Shown here piece after piece: positions 1 to 13,600 of a DNA stretch of 64,000 bases; the stretch's first letter is position 1; each line of letters starts with the position of its first letter. Under the pieces are notes generated by a model that was not told the origin of the DNA, searched no databases, and was given only the letters and a program-made list of their open reading frames with translations. The stretch covers positions 16,018,854 through 16,082,853 of the forward strand of contig NC_057749.1 in the NCBI RefSeq assembly GCF_004010195.1, written 5' to 3'. Both the position numbers and the translations under genes were made by a program. This DNA is from Chiloscyllium plagiosum. Taxonomy: Eukaryota.

Positions 1-281
1 GACCTGCAATCTTCTTCCCGACCTCTCCGCCCCCACCCCCTCTCCGGCCTATCACACTCACCTTAACCTTCTTCCACCTATCGCATTCCCAACGCCGCTC
101 CCCCAAGTCCCTCCTCCCTACCTTTTATCTTAGCCTGCTTGGCACACCCTCCTCATTACTGAAGGGCTTATGCCCGAAACGTCGATTCTCCTTCTCCTTG
201 GAGGCTGCCTGACCTGCTGCGCTTTTCCAGCAACACATGTTTAAGCTCTAATCTCCAGCATCTGCGACCTCACTTTCTCCT
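1..281 (+). mobile_element. Terminal fragment of a Penelope-like element with a degenerate hammerhead core near 159-184
   Basis: C-rich tract followed by ctgaagggcttatgcccgaaacgtcgattctcc...gctgcctgacctgctgcgcttttccagc, near-identical to 5077-5225 and 59009-59133. Confidence 0.7.
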
Positions 282-1289
282 GATCGAATAATACTCCTTT
301 GTCTGTCCAATTGTCCTTATCTCTCTTCAGATTCTATCCCCACCTACTATTTATTCCTTACACCCTCCCATCCACCCTATCTTCTGCATAAATAACATTT
401 TTGTAGCTACCATCAGTTCTGAATGGTAGAGCCTGAAGGGTCACCAAACCTGAAACATTAACTATGATTTCTCTCCACAGATGCTGCCAGACTTTTCCTG
501 CAATTTCTGTTTTTGTCTCTAGCGATTTGTATGTTTCGGATTTCTTTTGCGGGTGAACACAAGTTCACTGATTCTCCCAGATATATTTATGTGCCCACAC
601 AAAAATAGGTAGAATTTGAGTAAAGAAAATGAACTTTGCTTCTTCAATTTACTTGAGTTACAAGGTTTACTATAGTAACCTCTTCCTGAAAGGCTGCACG
701 TTATCAGTCATTAGCTGAGAGTCAGATTCAGGCTTTACCAGCCAAACAGATATACTGAACCATTAAAAAAAAGCAAATAGTACCAATAAGTACATTTTTT
801 TTCCAGTAGTTGAGGCTATACAATTTGTGAAGTAGAAACTCTGAATCCATCCTATAACTTGGAGCCCTCACTGTTGCTGTCCTAGTTCCCTGGCTCTAGG
901 TGGACTCAGTCAACACAAACAGTGCTAAAACATAAAGGTCCACTGTGCAGGCCAGGAGGAAAAAATGTCAGCCAACTAAACGTCAACTAGTCAGTACCGC
1001 AGGATAGGGGTGAAAATGACAGAACTGGCAGACACAGCTTCAACATTACCTGCAGGCAGCAAATCAGCATTTGGAAGGTCAGCACTGCTTGCTCCTGAAT
1101 TGGAGAGATTCCTAGAAATGGTCATCTAAACAAGTGCTCATTTCCCTACCATCCAGTGCAGTCAAGAGGCAAGTCTTAATATGTGTAATTGTATTGACTT
1201 CTGGTTCAGGAAGTCGCTTGCATGAATGGACCTTGGAGGTTTGTGCAACATCACGACACATTAGAGGGAATATAGCCTGTGCCTCCAGG

Positions 1290-3370
1290 AAGACCAAGTG
1301 CAATTTTCATTAGCATTTATACTCCAACCCTGAAGGCTAACCCAACTAACAAGGAAAAGTTCTACACAGATTTCCATGTATGCCCCTCCCAAGGACAAAA
1401 TTGTTGTTTTTGGTGATTTTAACATCAGAGTTGACCATGGTAGTGTGGCATGGAAGGCAGTGTTTCGAAAGCATGGAGTTGAAAACTACAACGAAAATAA
1501 ACATCTGTTTCTGGAACTCTGTACAGAAAAACAGCAGTCCACACCTAACACCTTCTTTCAACATAAAGATTGCTTCAAGACCACACGGAAATATGCCACA
1601 TTGAACACTGGCACCAGGTTAGCCTAAAGAACGTCTGCAAACTGGAGTCACTCCTAGTGCTGATTGTTGTACAGATCACTGCCTCATTCACTCAAAGCTG
1701 AACTCCCACTTCAAACATAAGCTCAAATACACACCTAGAGACAACCCAAAGCAATCTCGAGTCAGTGACCTGCAAACTTCATTTTTTGCAGAGATAGATT
1801 ACAAGCCCACAGAACAGACTGGAACACCCCGATGTCATTACTGATTCCATTCCAGAAGAACTCTAAGAGCACATTAAAGCTGCTGGAGGGACTAATTTGA
1901 TGTAAATGACAAAGAAATCCAAGATTTGCGAATGATAAAAATATCAACTCATCAGACTCAGCCAGGCATCAAGCATGCAGCACTCTTTAAAATAAACTGA
2001 GGGATATACCCAATGACACACTTACAGAAAACACCTAATTATATGTTGATACTGGCAACATAAGCAGCTAGAAAAAAAAACTAAAATCTGTCTGTGGACC
2101 AGCATATCAAACCCAAAATTTCTTAAGTAGCAGCGATTTTAAGATACTACACACCAAAAGGATGTCAATCCTGGATTGCTAGTTGGAACACATTGAAACA
2201 CTCTTCAGTGCATGATATTGCCATCAGCCTAATCAAATAATTATCTGTCAAAGAAAACCTTTGTGAGCTGATCCCTGGAGGAAACTGTGACTACCATTAA
2301 CCAGACAGATAGCAACAAGAAGATGGAATTCCACCTCAGGCCTTGAAACATGGGAGTCCCTGCCTTACATACCAAGCTGTGTGAATTTTTCCTGGCTTGC
2401 TGGGAAGAGAGCTGAATCCCACAAGATCTTTGCCATGCCATTATCATCACCTCGTCCAAACACAAAGGAGAAAAGGCAGGCAGCTACAACCACTGTGGGG
2501 GCTCCTCCCTTTCTATTGCTGGGAAGATCCTGCCTTGGACAACTCCAGAACAGGTTTGTTCCAACAATTGCACAGAACCAGCGTGGACTCACAGCAAAGA
2601 GGCACTTCAGAGACGTGCGAGAAGAAAAGTGATATGAGAAAAACAAAGCTCTGTGTGGCACTTTCATAAAACTCACCAAGAAATTAGATCCCATGGGGAG
2701 ATGGAATTTCAAAAAATCTTGAAAAAATATGGATGCCCACCCTGGTTTTTTCATGAAAACCAGCACGGACAAGTTGAGCACAGCAATCATCTATTGAGTT
2801 CCTTCCGAATCTCTAATGATAGGAAGCAGGGAAGTGTACTACCCCAACATTATTCCCCCTCATGTTCAGGAATGACAGTGCTGCAGGCAATGGAAGATCT
2901 TGAGGAAGAGGTTTAAGTATGGTCCAGACTGTGAAGACTTTTTTTCAATCACAGGCATTTTCAGGTTCACACACACAGACAGGAAAAAGCCATCCCTGCA
3001 TTTTTCACTGATGACTGCATTCTCATGACCCACAAGTCAGATCTGTAAAGCACAACAGCACGTTGTTGCTCCGAGACAGCACAACTCCTCAGACTAAAAA
3101 TCAATGTAAAGAAAACGGAAGTCCTGAATCAGCCTGCATGACAAGAGGAATATGGACCATCAAGTACGGTCATTGAGGGAACTGAGCTGGAAACAGTGAA
3201 GCAATTTACCCATTCGGGGAACATCTTGTTTGACGCACCATAGACAAGGAAATGGACAACAGGCTTTCAGACGCAAAAACTGCATTTGGCAGACTCCACA
3301 ATCCAGTATGGAGCAATGAGAGCCTCACAGAGCACACAGCAAACCAGAAGTGTACAAAGCCAAAGTGGAG
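1290..3370 (+). mobile_element. Degraded RTE-like LINE (endonuclease and RT remnants)
   Basis: Frame-broken motifs YAP...VFGDFNIRV, NTFFQHK and TDH of the APE endonuclease, plus KQGSVL and KKYGCPP RT-region remnants; many stops. Confidence 0.65.
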
Positions 3371-3619
3371 TGTAAGCTCATAAATATAATAGATTCTGTT
3401 AAATTCCAAACTCTGAATAAAATACATTCCAAGAAGTCTCAAAATCATAGGGAATGGTTTCTGTACAGCAAAGAACCAAGAGAATTCTTCTGAGAGAGAA
3501 GATGCTTATTAACTCGCTGCGCACCTGGACAGAATCAAAACATGCACCAAGTTAAATCTCAGGGCAAATTTACTTCCTACGACAAGCAACAAACACAAAC
3601 TAGAGACAGTCAGATCTGT

Positions 3620-4022
3620 AATTGTACGGCACCTTTCAAGTGCTTTACTGCCAATGGAACACTTTAAGAGTGGTCACTGATGTAATGCAGGAAACATGGC
3701 AGCAAATTTACACAGGACAAGCTCCAACAAACAATCAGATAAACTGCGTAGATGGTGATAGTTGAGGGCTAAGTATTTGTCAGAACACTGGGTGGAATTT
3801 CCCTGTTCCTTTCAAATAATACCTTGGCTCATTTAAGTCCACCTGAAAACACAGATGGAACCTCACTTCAATGTCTCTAGAGTTTCAACTGAAAGAAGCA
3901 TACCATCAGTACTGCACTCAGCCCTCAGCGTGGGCTATTATACTCAAGTCTCTGGTGTAGAATTGGAACCAAGAACTCTATGACCAAGACACAGAAGCAC
4001 AGTCCACTGTTCTGCGGCTGAC
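3620..4022 (-). mobile_element. Old tRNA-derived SINE (DeuSINE/SacSINE-like)
   Basis: Reverse-complement similarity to 42270-43010 and to further copies at about 10610-10860, 46990-47340 and 62840-63110. Confidence 0.5.
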
Positions 4023-4074
4023 AGTAGATTATTTTCAGAGGACAATACAAATACCTAAAATGTTAATTCCAAAA

Positions 4075-4347
4075 TTAGAGAGCTTAAGTTTACGGTGAGA
4101 GGGGAAACATTTAAAAAGGGACACCTGAGGGGCAACTTTTTCATGTAGAGGGTGGTGCATGTATGGAATAAGCTGTCAGAGGAAGTGGTGGAGGCTGGTT
4201 CATTTAAAAGACCTCTGGATGGTATATGAACAGGAAGGAATATGGGCCAAATGATGGCAAATAGGACTAGATTTATTTAGGATATCTGGTCTGTATGGAC
4301 TGATTGGACCAAAGGGTCTAATTTCCATGCTGTACAGCTCTAGGACT
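4075..4347 (+). mobile_element. CR1/HER1-like LINE 3' end
   Basis: Matches the 3' ends of the longer CR1 copies (aggggcaactttttc...gagggtggtgcatgtatggaat...ccatgctgtaca). Confidence 0.8.
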
Positions 4348-4508
4348 CCAAGTTCATAACTATATTTGAAAGAGATGCAGCTGTATGCGTGAATCAACAG
4401 GATATTGCAGCAAATAAGATATTTTGCAGTTAATAAAAAGGAAAATGCAAAAGTGATCAGCTATGTCGAACACTGGAAGATTTCCTAAGGGACTCCAATT
4501 GGATTTAC

Positions 4509-4625
4509 CTCAGCTGATGCAGGCCGAAACCCAGACCCTGTGGGGGCATTTTCATCCTCATCACAGCCTTTAGCACCAGGGCTGAAATGAAGTTCCACAT
4601 GGAACCTTTCTTCTGAAGAAGGATC
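4509..4625 (-). CDS. PPIP5K1: PPIP5K exon 21 ([39 protein letters not shown]), 117 nt
   Basis: T-rich tract plus aatag acceptor, gtaaa donor. Confidence 0.95.
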
Positions 4626-7600
4626 CTATTAAAAAAAAACACAAAACATGCCAAAATTACAAAAACACTAATCATCATTACGACCAAGTTGTTAAAAAAC
4701 AAACACAATTCTGGACTTTGTAAGCCAGAGTACAATCAATTCTCTGTAACATTTATAAAAACTGTGGAAAATTTTCCCAAACTCCGTAATTCAGGGACCC
4801 AAACTTCAGGATTCTATAGTAGCCCAAGACTCTAATTCTCACCTTACACTACTGCCTTTTATGAGTCAGTCCTTTGGATCAAAGGAGATGACACAATTTG
4901 ATGACTAAATGACCTTTCATAGGTAGATCAGAGTAGAAACATTGAAGGTAGCAAGCAATCATTTTTAAAATGAACCTGACAGCTGATTTATGAAGCTTAA
5001 AAATGTGTTGTTGGAAAAGCACAGCAGGTCAGGCAGCATCAATGAGGAGGGTGTGCCAAGCAGGCTAAAATAAAAGGCTTGGCACACCCTCCTCATTCCT
5101 GAAGAAGGGCTTATGCCCGAAACGTCGATTCTCCTTCTCCTTTGACGCTACCTGACCTGCTGCACTTTTCCAGCAACACATTTTTAAGCTCTGATCCCCA
5201 GCATCTGCAGTCCTCACTTTCTCCTAGCTGATTTATGAAATCTACTCTGTAATCTGTGGTTCAAATGCTTAAAGTTGTTAAGATGACAAGTTAAAGATTA
5301 AGAAATGCGCAGGTATACTGTGGCAACAATAACATTTCATAGCTTTCAGTGTGAGTCTATTAGATCCAGTCATTTTGCTGCACCAGTGCAATACAACTGA
5401 AGCTCTTGACTGCTGTTCAGGACAGTATATTAAAAATGGTTCCAATTACACATAGCACTCAAAAAATGCTTTCTTTCTTTGTAGTACTGTCAAAGATTTC
5501 AAGCTGAAACCACTCACTAACCTGAACATTGGTGAACAAATAACCAAAGAACCGTGGATGCTGGAAATCGAAAACAAAAATGTGTATTGCTGGAAAAAAC
5601 TCAGCAGGTCTGGAAACATCTGCGGAGAGAAAGCAGAGTTAATATTTCGGGTCCATTGATGCTTCTTCAGAATGGGTCAGTTCCGAAGAAGGATCACTGA
5701 ACCCAAAACTTTAAATCTGCTTTCTTTACACAGATGCTGCCAGACTTGCTGAGTTTTTCCAACCATTTCTGTTTTTGTTACTGGTAAACAAATATTCATT
5801 TCAGGCACTTTGTTTATTCAATATAAAACCTGAACGTTTTCTCCCTCTGCTGTATTAATTTGAAAGAAATATATTATCTACTTTCCTTGCAGCTACTGTT
5901 ACTTTTTAAATACCAAAATATGCCAACACCACTAGGATTGGTGAAGCAATAACCAGACATATGTACAAAGCATCGAAAGGCTCTCTTCTGAGATTTACAA
6001 TTCTAAAGTATTGCATGTCCAATAAAATCATTTCTGAAGTGTAACCATGATTGTTACTCAGTCAAATTAATCAGTCTATCAGTAAACACAACAAAATTTG
6101 GTCAGTTTCAAAAAGTAGTTAGCCTTGGTCCACATGGGTCTTTCAGCATTTCTACTCACTAGAGTCAAATTAGTATTAGATCTTATTGTCATGTGCATTC
6201 AAGTAAAGGATGCAGTGAAATGTGTACAAAGTCACCAACTTAGGTACAAACGTACAAAATTAGGTACAAAATCAAATAATAAGAAATACAGTGAAAAGTT
6301 CAACACTACAGTCCTTGTATAGCAATGGGCCTACATTTGTTCCCACTGTGCTGGGCTGAGTCCTTCACTGCCAACCACCATCTGGGCTTGTCAATTGTCT
6401 TTGTCACTGAATTGCCAACGCAGCTATAGCAGCAAAAAGGCAGAGACCAGAAAGACTGTTATGTGATGAATCAACTTGTTTTAGCTCATTCATGGCATAT
6501 GGGGCATTGAAGTTGGTCTTTGCTCAGCTGGAAGGAGAATGGGGAGGCTGGTGGGTGGATTATGGTGGTGGTGGTTGGAAAATCAGCTATGGTCCCTACA
6601 AGTATTCAGAGCGGGCAAACACAGAAATGAATGTTAGTTTGGGTTCTGTCTGAAAACTACTTTTGCAGTTGAATCACCTTCGGATGGTTACTGTCTAAAG
6701 GTGATCACTTGAGAAAAGTGGGAGAATGATAACTGGAAGAATGCACCCCTGTAGGAAATAGTTGAGAAATTTTTTAAAAATGATCTCAAAGTTGAAAAGC
6801 AAAGTGTTTTTACAAAAATAGAGTGAAAACTCCTCCAGTTCACTTCGTTACACATAGGTGCTGTTGGGACTAGCAATCCAGAGGCCCAAACTAACTCGCT
6901 GGGGACCTGGTTTCAAATTCTATCATGGCAGCTGGTGGAACTTAAATTCAATACAGAATTCTGGAATATTAAGCGACATTATAACTGCCATCTATGGTCA
7001 TTAAACCCTATCTGGATGCTAGGTTTGGTGTCGGCCATGCTTCGCCAGCCTGGCCTACATGCAATTCCAGACCTACAAGCGATGTGGTTGCCTGTTAATG
7101 GTCATATTCCTGATGAATGGCTTTTGCCCGAAACGTTGATTTCGAAGCTCCTTGGATGCTGCCTGAACTGCTGTGCTCTTCCAGCACCACTAATCCAGAA
7201 TCTGGTTTCCAGCATCTGCAGTCATTGTTTTTACCTCTATTATGTAGAACATGTAGAGCCACACAGTTCAAGGGTAATTAGAGATGGGCAACAAATACTG
7301 GCCTTGCCAGCAAGATCCGTAAAGTATTAAAGAATAAAGTCTACAGCACTGAATACGTTGGAAAAGGGGATATTTATGAAGACTGTACCTTATTGTTATC
7401 CTCATACAACATGATAACAATTTGAGTCATGTAGTTCAGTTCCGAGACTGCTCCAAGGTAGTCCATGGCTCTCTTCCACTGTTGATCCTTTAGATCCTGA
7501 GAATGAGAGAAATAATTGCATGAATTCTAATTAGAAATCATTGAATAAAACTCAGTGATAGCTTTAGAGCAGGATGAGGGGTGCTAGAGTAGCTCATCAG

Positions 7601-10600
7601 GCGGAGGAAGTAGGCAAAAGCAAATGCAATTAGGGACTCATTGGTTGGGGGGGTGGAATTAAGCAGAATATTCTTTCTCACAAATGTTGCATAGTCAAGG
7701 AATAACTGAGTCAGTGAAAGTAAAATATGTACTTACACCCAAGAGGCCCCCATAACGAAACAAACTCAGTAAAGAATGGACGTGACTTTCACTCGTGAAA
7801 TATAACCGTGTTCGAACGTGACGGCCAGGAGACATCACTCCTCTGGAATAGCTAAACAACAGAGCAACATGCTAATCAGGTAAATTGGTAACAAAGATTT
7901 GCATTTGTATAGCACCTTTCACAACCTCAGGACACTCCAACATGTTTTAAGGATATTTGATGTTAGGGCAGACAGACAAACAGGAAAAGGAACAGGGATT
8001 CTGCTAATAATATGAAGTGAAATCAGTACATTAGGAAGGGAGGATCTCAGACCGAAAGAACAATCTGTTTGGGTGGAGCTAGGAAACAGCCTGGGGCAGC
8101 AGTTGGAGCTATTTATAGCTCATCAAATATTAAAATTAATGTGGTGCATGGTATTAATCAAGCGGTAAGGGAAGTATGTAACATGGACAACACAGTTATC
8201 ATTGATGACTTCAACTTCATATAGACTGGATAAAACAATTGAGAATTACAACTACAAAGGACAAATTTCTACAGTATGTTAGGGTTAGTTTTCTAGAGTA
8301 GTACATTGAGGAGTCAACTTGAGGACAGGTAATTTAAAACCTAGTATTGTGTAGTGAAAAAAAGAGCTAATTCATATAGTTGCTGTCAAAGAGCGTTTAG
8401 GGATGAATCACAATATGATAGTAATTGACATGATTTTTGAAAATGACATGGTTCAATCTGAAGCAAGAGCGTTAAGTCTAAAAAAGGGGAAATAAAAAAG
8501 GTGTGAAGTACAAATTGGCTGAGATTTATTGGGGAAAATATATGAAAAGGCATGACTGACTATACATAGGCAATGAATAACCTTTAAAGAATTATTACAT
8601 TGCTTACAGAAATTATACTTACCTTCAAAAGCTCAATAAAGGTCAGTCAACTGTGGCTGCCAAAAGAAGTTAAAGACTGTACAATACTAAAGGCTTATTA
8701 TAAAGAATGGGATACACAGACACGCAAAATAATGAACAATCCAGTACTGTCATCATGGATTTGTGAATAGAAAATAGTATTTGATGAACTTCAAGTCTTT
8801 TGAAGACATTAATAATAAAATTGATAGAGTGAGTTAAAGCATGAAGGTTGCTTAGATTTTCACAAGACTTTTGATAAGGTTCTTTCCAGGAGGCAGCACA
8901 ATGGCTCAGTGGTGAGCACTGCTGCCTCACAGCACCGCTGCCTCACAGCACCGGAGGCCTCTGGTGACTGTCTGTGTGGAGTTTGCACATTCTCTGTGTC
9001 TGAGTGGGTTTCCTCCAGGTGCTCCTGTTTCTTCCCACAGTCCAAAGATGTGCAGGTTAGGTGAATTGGCCATGCTAAATTGTCCATAGTGTTCAGGGAT
9101 GTGCAGGTTAGGTGCATTAGTCCAAAGTAAATATATGGTAGGGGAATGGGTCTGGTTGGGTTACTCTTCGGAGGGGTTCGGTGTGGACTTGTTGGGCTGA
9201 AGATCCTGTTTCCACACGGTAGGGATTCTAATTCAGGAGGTTGGTTAGCAAAATTACAGCACATGGAATAGGAGATAATGTATTGCCTTGAAGGAAGGAT
9301 TGGCTAACAGGCAGGAATAAATGGGTCATTCTTGCATTGGTAAATTGACTAGTAGGGTGCCACAAGGATCAGAACGGGAATACATGTTCTGAGGAAGGTG
9401 TAAAGTGACTTCAGGAGTATTTGGACAGGTTTAGTGAAGGGCCAAGGAAGCGGAGGTTTATCCACTTTAATAAAAGGAACAGATTGCAGAGTATTTCTTA
9501 AATGGTCAGAAGTTGAAAAGTACAGATGTCCAAAGGGACCTGGTGGTCTTGTCAATAAGTTACTGAAGGCTAATATGTAGGTGTAGGCGTAGCTATTAGG
9601 AAAGCTAATGAAATGATGGCTTTTACTGCAAGAGGCTCGAGAACAATGAGTTCTGAATCCTTGTTTCAATTGTATTTAAGCTTGGTTAGACCTGTGCAGT
9701 TCTGGAGTACTGTGTGCAGTTCTAGTCTCCTTATCTCAGGAAAGATATATTGCCATTGATAGAGGGCAATGAATGTTCAACAGACCTGCTTCCATGATGG
9801 TGGGTTTGTTGTTATGGAAGAAGATTGACCAAATTGGCCCTAGCATTTTGAAGGATGAAAGTTGATCTTAGAGAAAGCTATAAATGCTTAAAGTGATAGG
9901 CTGGGCAGATGAAGGTATGGCATCCCCTCCCCCACCCCCACAATCTAAATATTAAATCCCTTGTTCTAAAAAAAAAGGGATGCCATTAGGACCAGAATTT
10001 TTTTTTTGTTCAGAAGTTCTGAATCTTTGGAATTATCTAATCTAGATGGTTGTGGAAGCTCAGTCTTTGATAGATTTTTGATTAACAATGGTGTGAAGGG
10101 TTATGGGGATACTGTGGATAAAAGGCAACAATGTTTTCAATTAGCCATAACTGTATTAAATAGCAGAGCAGATGGGTGGAATGTCAACTTCTGTTCTTAT
10201 GTACTTCACAAAAACACCCTGACTATTCCTAATAAATCCATGCCTCTCCCAATCCTCTCTCTCAATATTAATACTAAACACTTGATTAATACTGAGGTCA
10301 GACTGACTGGCCTATAAACATTTGGCCTCTCTCTCTTAAACCTTTACGGAATAATGGTGCAACATTTGCTGACCTTCTGCCCTCTGGAACCTCATTTGTA
10401 TCTAATGAGGTTTGGAAAACGATCCTCAGCATTTACCATTTCCTCCCTGCTTCCTTTAACAGTCATGGGGCCCTTGTGATTTTTTCATCTTCAAGGTCAG
10501 TCTCTTCAATACTTCTTTCTGCTTATACTCAGTTTATATACTATTTCACACACTTCTTTAACAAGAATATCTGCAGCATTCTCCTCCTTTGTGAAGAATT

Positions 10601-13600
10601 TCAAAAAAACCAATCCCAAGATACTATGAGCATCTCTGACAGGCCCAACATTAAGTGTCAGGTGCTCTTTTACATCCAATTGAGAACGGAGATGGGGCAC
10701 AATTTAATGTCTCATCCAAAAGATGGCATCCTCAACAATGCAGCACTGCCTTGATACTGCACAATATTGTGTCTAGATTTTGGTTCATTTCTCCAGTGGA
10801 ACATGAACCTACAATTATCTGATGTGGAGGTGAGTTTGCTGTCGAGTTACAGCTGATATAACAAACTAGCCATATTTTAATACCCTGTCATTTCCTTTCT
10901 ACTTCTCTGAATGAGACTTGCATTTTTGTAGCACTTTTTACATCTTGGTACCAAAGGTGCGTTTACAGAAAAACATAAGAAATCATCTTAAATACTTCAG
11001 AAAGATGTCAAAGAAATGGAATTGAATACTGAGACAAAGGAAGAGTTAGTGGAAGGGTAGCTCCATACTGACTGAAACTTGGGTATTTCAAGTCAGATTT
11101 AAAGGAGGGCAGATCAATAGAAAAGAGATTCTAGACAAAATATTTTTCCTCAGAAATTCAAGCCTTCCAGTACTTTGCCCAAATATTTTTTTTCCAACTA
11201 GAAGCTTGTTCAAAAGCATATAGTCAAAGATAAAGGGTATTACAATGTATTATTCTCACTTACTACTGAGTACATGTTGGCTCCAGCAATGCTCTGAATT
11301 GAGAATCCAGGCTGATCTCCACAGTACCGTCCCTAACTTCCTCACCCAACAAAGTCTTTCACCTGCCACCTCAGAAGAGGCTAGTGTAATCAGCTCACAT
11401 TTGGAATTAAGTTTTGCTAGCAGACTAGATGAGAGTGACTGCCCTTGACATCTAGGCAGCATTTGACTGAGTACAGCATCAAGGAACCAGAGTTAAAATG
11501 GCACCAATGGGAATCAGATGGAAAATTTTCTGCTGGCTGGAGATAGACCTGTCACAAAGGAAGATAGTTGCGCTTGTTGGAGAATAACCACCTGAACTCC
11601 AGAACATCTCTGTCGGAGACCCTTAGGGTAGAGTCCTAGGCCCATTAACCTTCAGTTGCTTTACCAATGACCTTCTCTCCATCATAAAGACCGGGGCGGG
11701 GGGAGCGGTGTTTGCTGATGATTATACAACTCTTAGCAGAATCTGCAACTTGTCAGGTATTGAAGTACCTCATGTCCAAATGTGCAAAACATGGACAACA
11801 TCCAGGCTTAGATTAATAAGTGGCAAGTAACATTCACTAGTCAATGACCATCTCCAACAAGAAAGAATCTAATTAATGGATTTAATTAAAGCCATTAAAT
11901 CACTCCTTGACAATCAACATCCTGGGGCTTACCATTGTCCAGAACCTGAACTGGGCTAGTCACACAAATACAGTAGCTAAAAGGGCAGGTTAGACGACAG
12001 GAATTCTGTAGTGAATAACACATCTCCTGTCTCCCCAAAGCCCCTCCACCATCTCCAAGGTACTAGTCAGCATTGTGGTGGAATACTCTACACTTGCCTG
12101 AAAAGGTGCAGCACAACAACACTAAAAAAGCTGACACCAACCAAGACAAAGGGCCACTGTGTCCACCATCTTCAACATTCAATCCCTTTATTAATGTGCA
12201 GTGGCAGCGGCTCACAATGATACACCTTCGAAACCTGCAACCACTACCATGTAAAAGGACAAAGATAGCAGATGTACAGGAACATCACCACCTGCACATT
12301 CTCCTCCAAGTTGCACAACTGGAATGATATCGCCATTCCATCATCAGCACAGAATCAAGAGCCTGTAACTTCTTCCCTGACAACATAGTGGATGCTCCTA
12401 CATGCAGAGGACTACAGCAGTTCAAAAAGCAACTCTCTGCCACCTTCGCCACAGTAATAAGGGATGGGCAGTACGTGATGGTCTAGGTGGTGACACCAGC
12501 ATCACATGAACAAACAAGAGAAAAACGTAACACTTTCACCCATTATTGCCACTGGAAACAATCGGGTCCAAATCAGTCACTTTCCCTTTCCTGTACAGTT
12601 GTTCCAGAATTGTCCCCATTTCTTGCTTTGTTTTCTTGTTTTGTGTTTTAATCAACAAAGATGAAATTAAAGATCTTCAAGCTGATTGGCCATTCAAGCC
12701 TGTGCCAGCTCTTTGAAATCGGACATGCTTCCTTGCTCTTTCCTCATAGCTCTGTAATTTTTTTTCTTTTAGAGTACTACTCCAATTACCGTTGCTATTG
12801 AAATTTGTTTCTAATGCCGTTCAGACAGGACATTCCAGATCATAACTCATTTGGAAAAAAATTTCTACTGCAGTTCACCCAGATTCTGTTGTCACCAGTT
12901 AGTTTCTTTTCTGCTGGATTTATAGGTTTTCTCCCCTGCTACCCCAGAAAATGTTCGCAGGTAAAGGTATGGCTGGAAAGTGGGAAGCCTTCAGAAATGA
13001 GATAACTAGAGTTCAGAGACAGTATATTCCAGTTAGGGTGAAAGGAAAGGCTGGTAGGTGTAGGGAATGTTCGATGACAAGAGACATTGAGGGTTTGATT
13101 AAGAAAAAGAAGGAAGCATATGTCAGGTATAGACAGGATAGATCGAGTGAATCCTTAGAAGAGTATAAAGAAAGTAGGAGTATACTTAAGAGGGAAATCA
13201 GGAGGGCAAAACGGGGATATGAGATAGCTTTGGCAAACAGAATTAAAGAGAATCCAAAGGGTTTTTACAAATATATTAAGGACAAAAGGGTAATTAAGGA
13301 GAGAATAGGGCCCCTCAAAGATCAGCAAGGTGGCCTTTGTGTGGAGCCACAGAAAATGGGGGAGAAACTAAATGAATATTTTGCATCAGTATTTAAGTGT
13401 AGAAAAGTATATGGAAGATATAGACTGTAGGCAAATAGATGGTGACATCTTGCAAAATGTCCAGATTACAGAGGAGGAAGTGCTGGATGTCTTGAAACGG
13501 TTAAAGGTGGATACATCCCCAGGACCTGATCAGGTGTACCCAAGAACTCTGTGGGAAGCTAGAGAAGTGATTGCTGGGCCTCTTGCGGAGATATTTGTAT

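Noticed and set aside
680..714. Possible next PPIP5K exon (minus strand cag|CTAATGACTGATAAC...AG|gtt)
   Set aside because: The splice-like ends are weak and the peptide does not resemble the expected continuation; it cannot be supported without RNA-seq.
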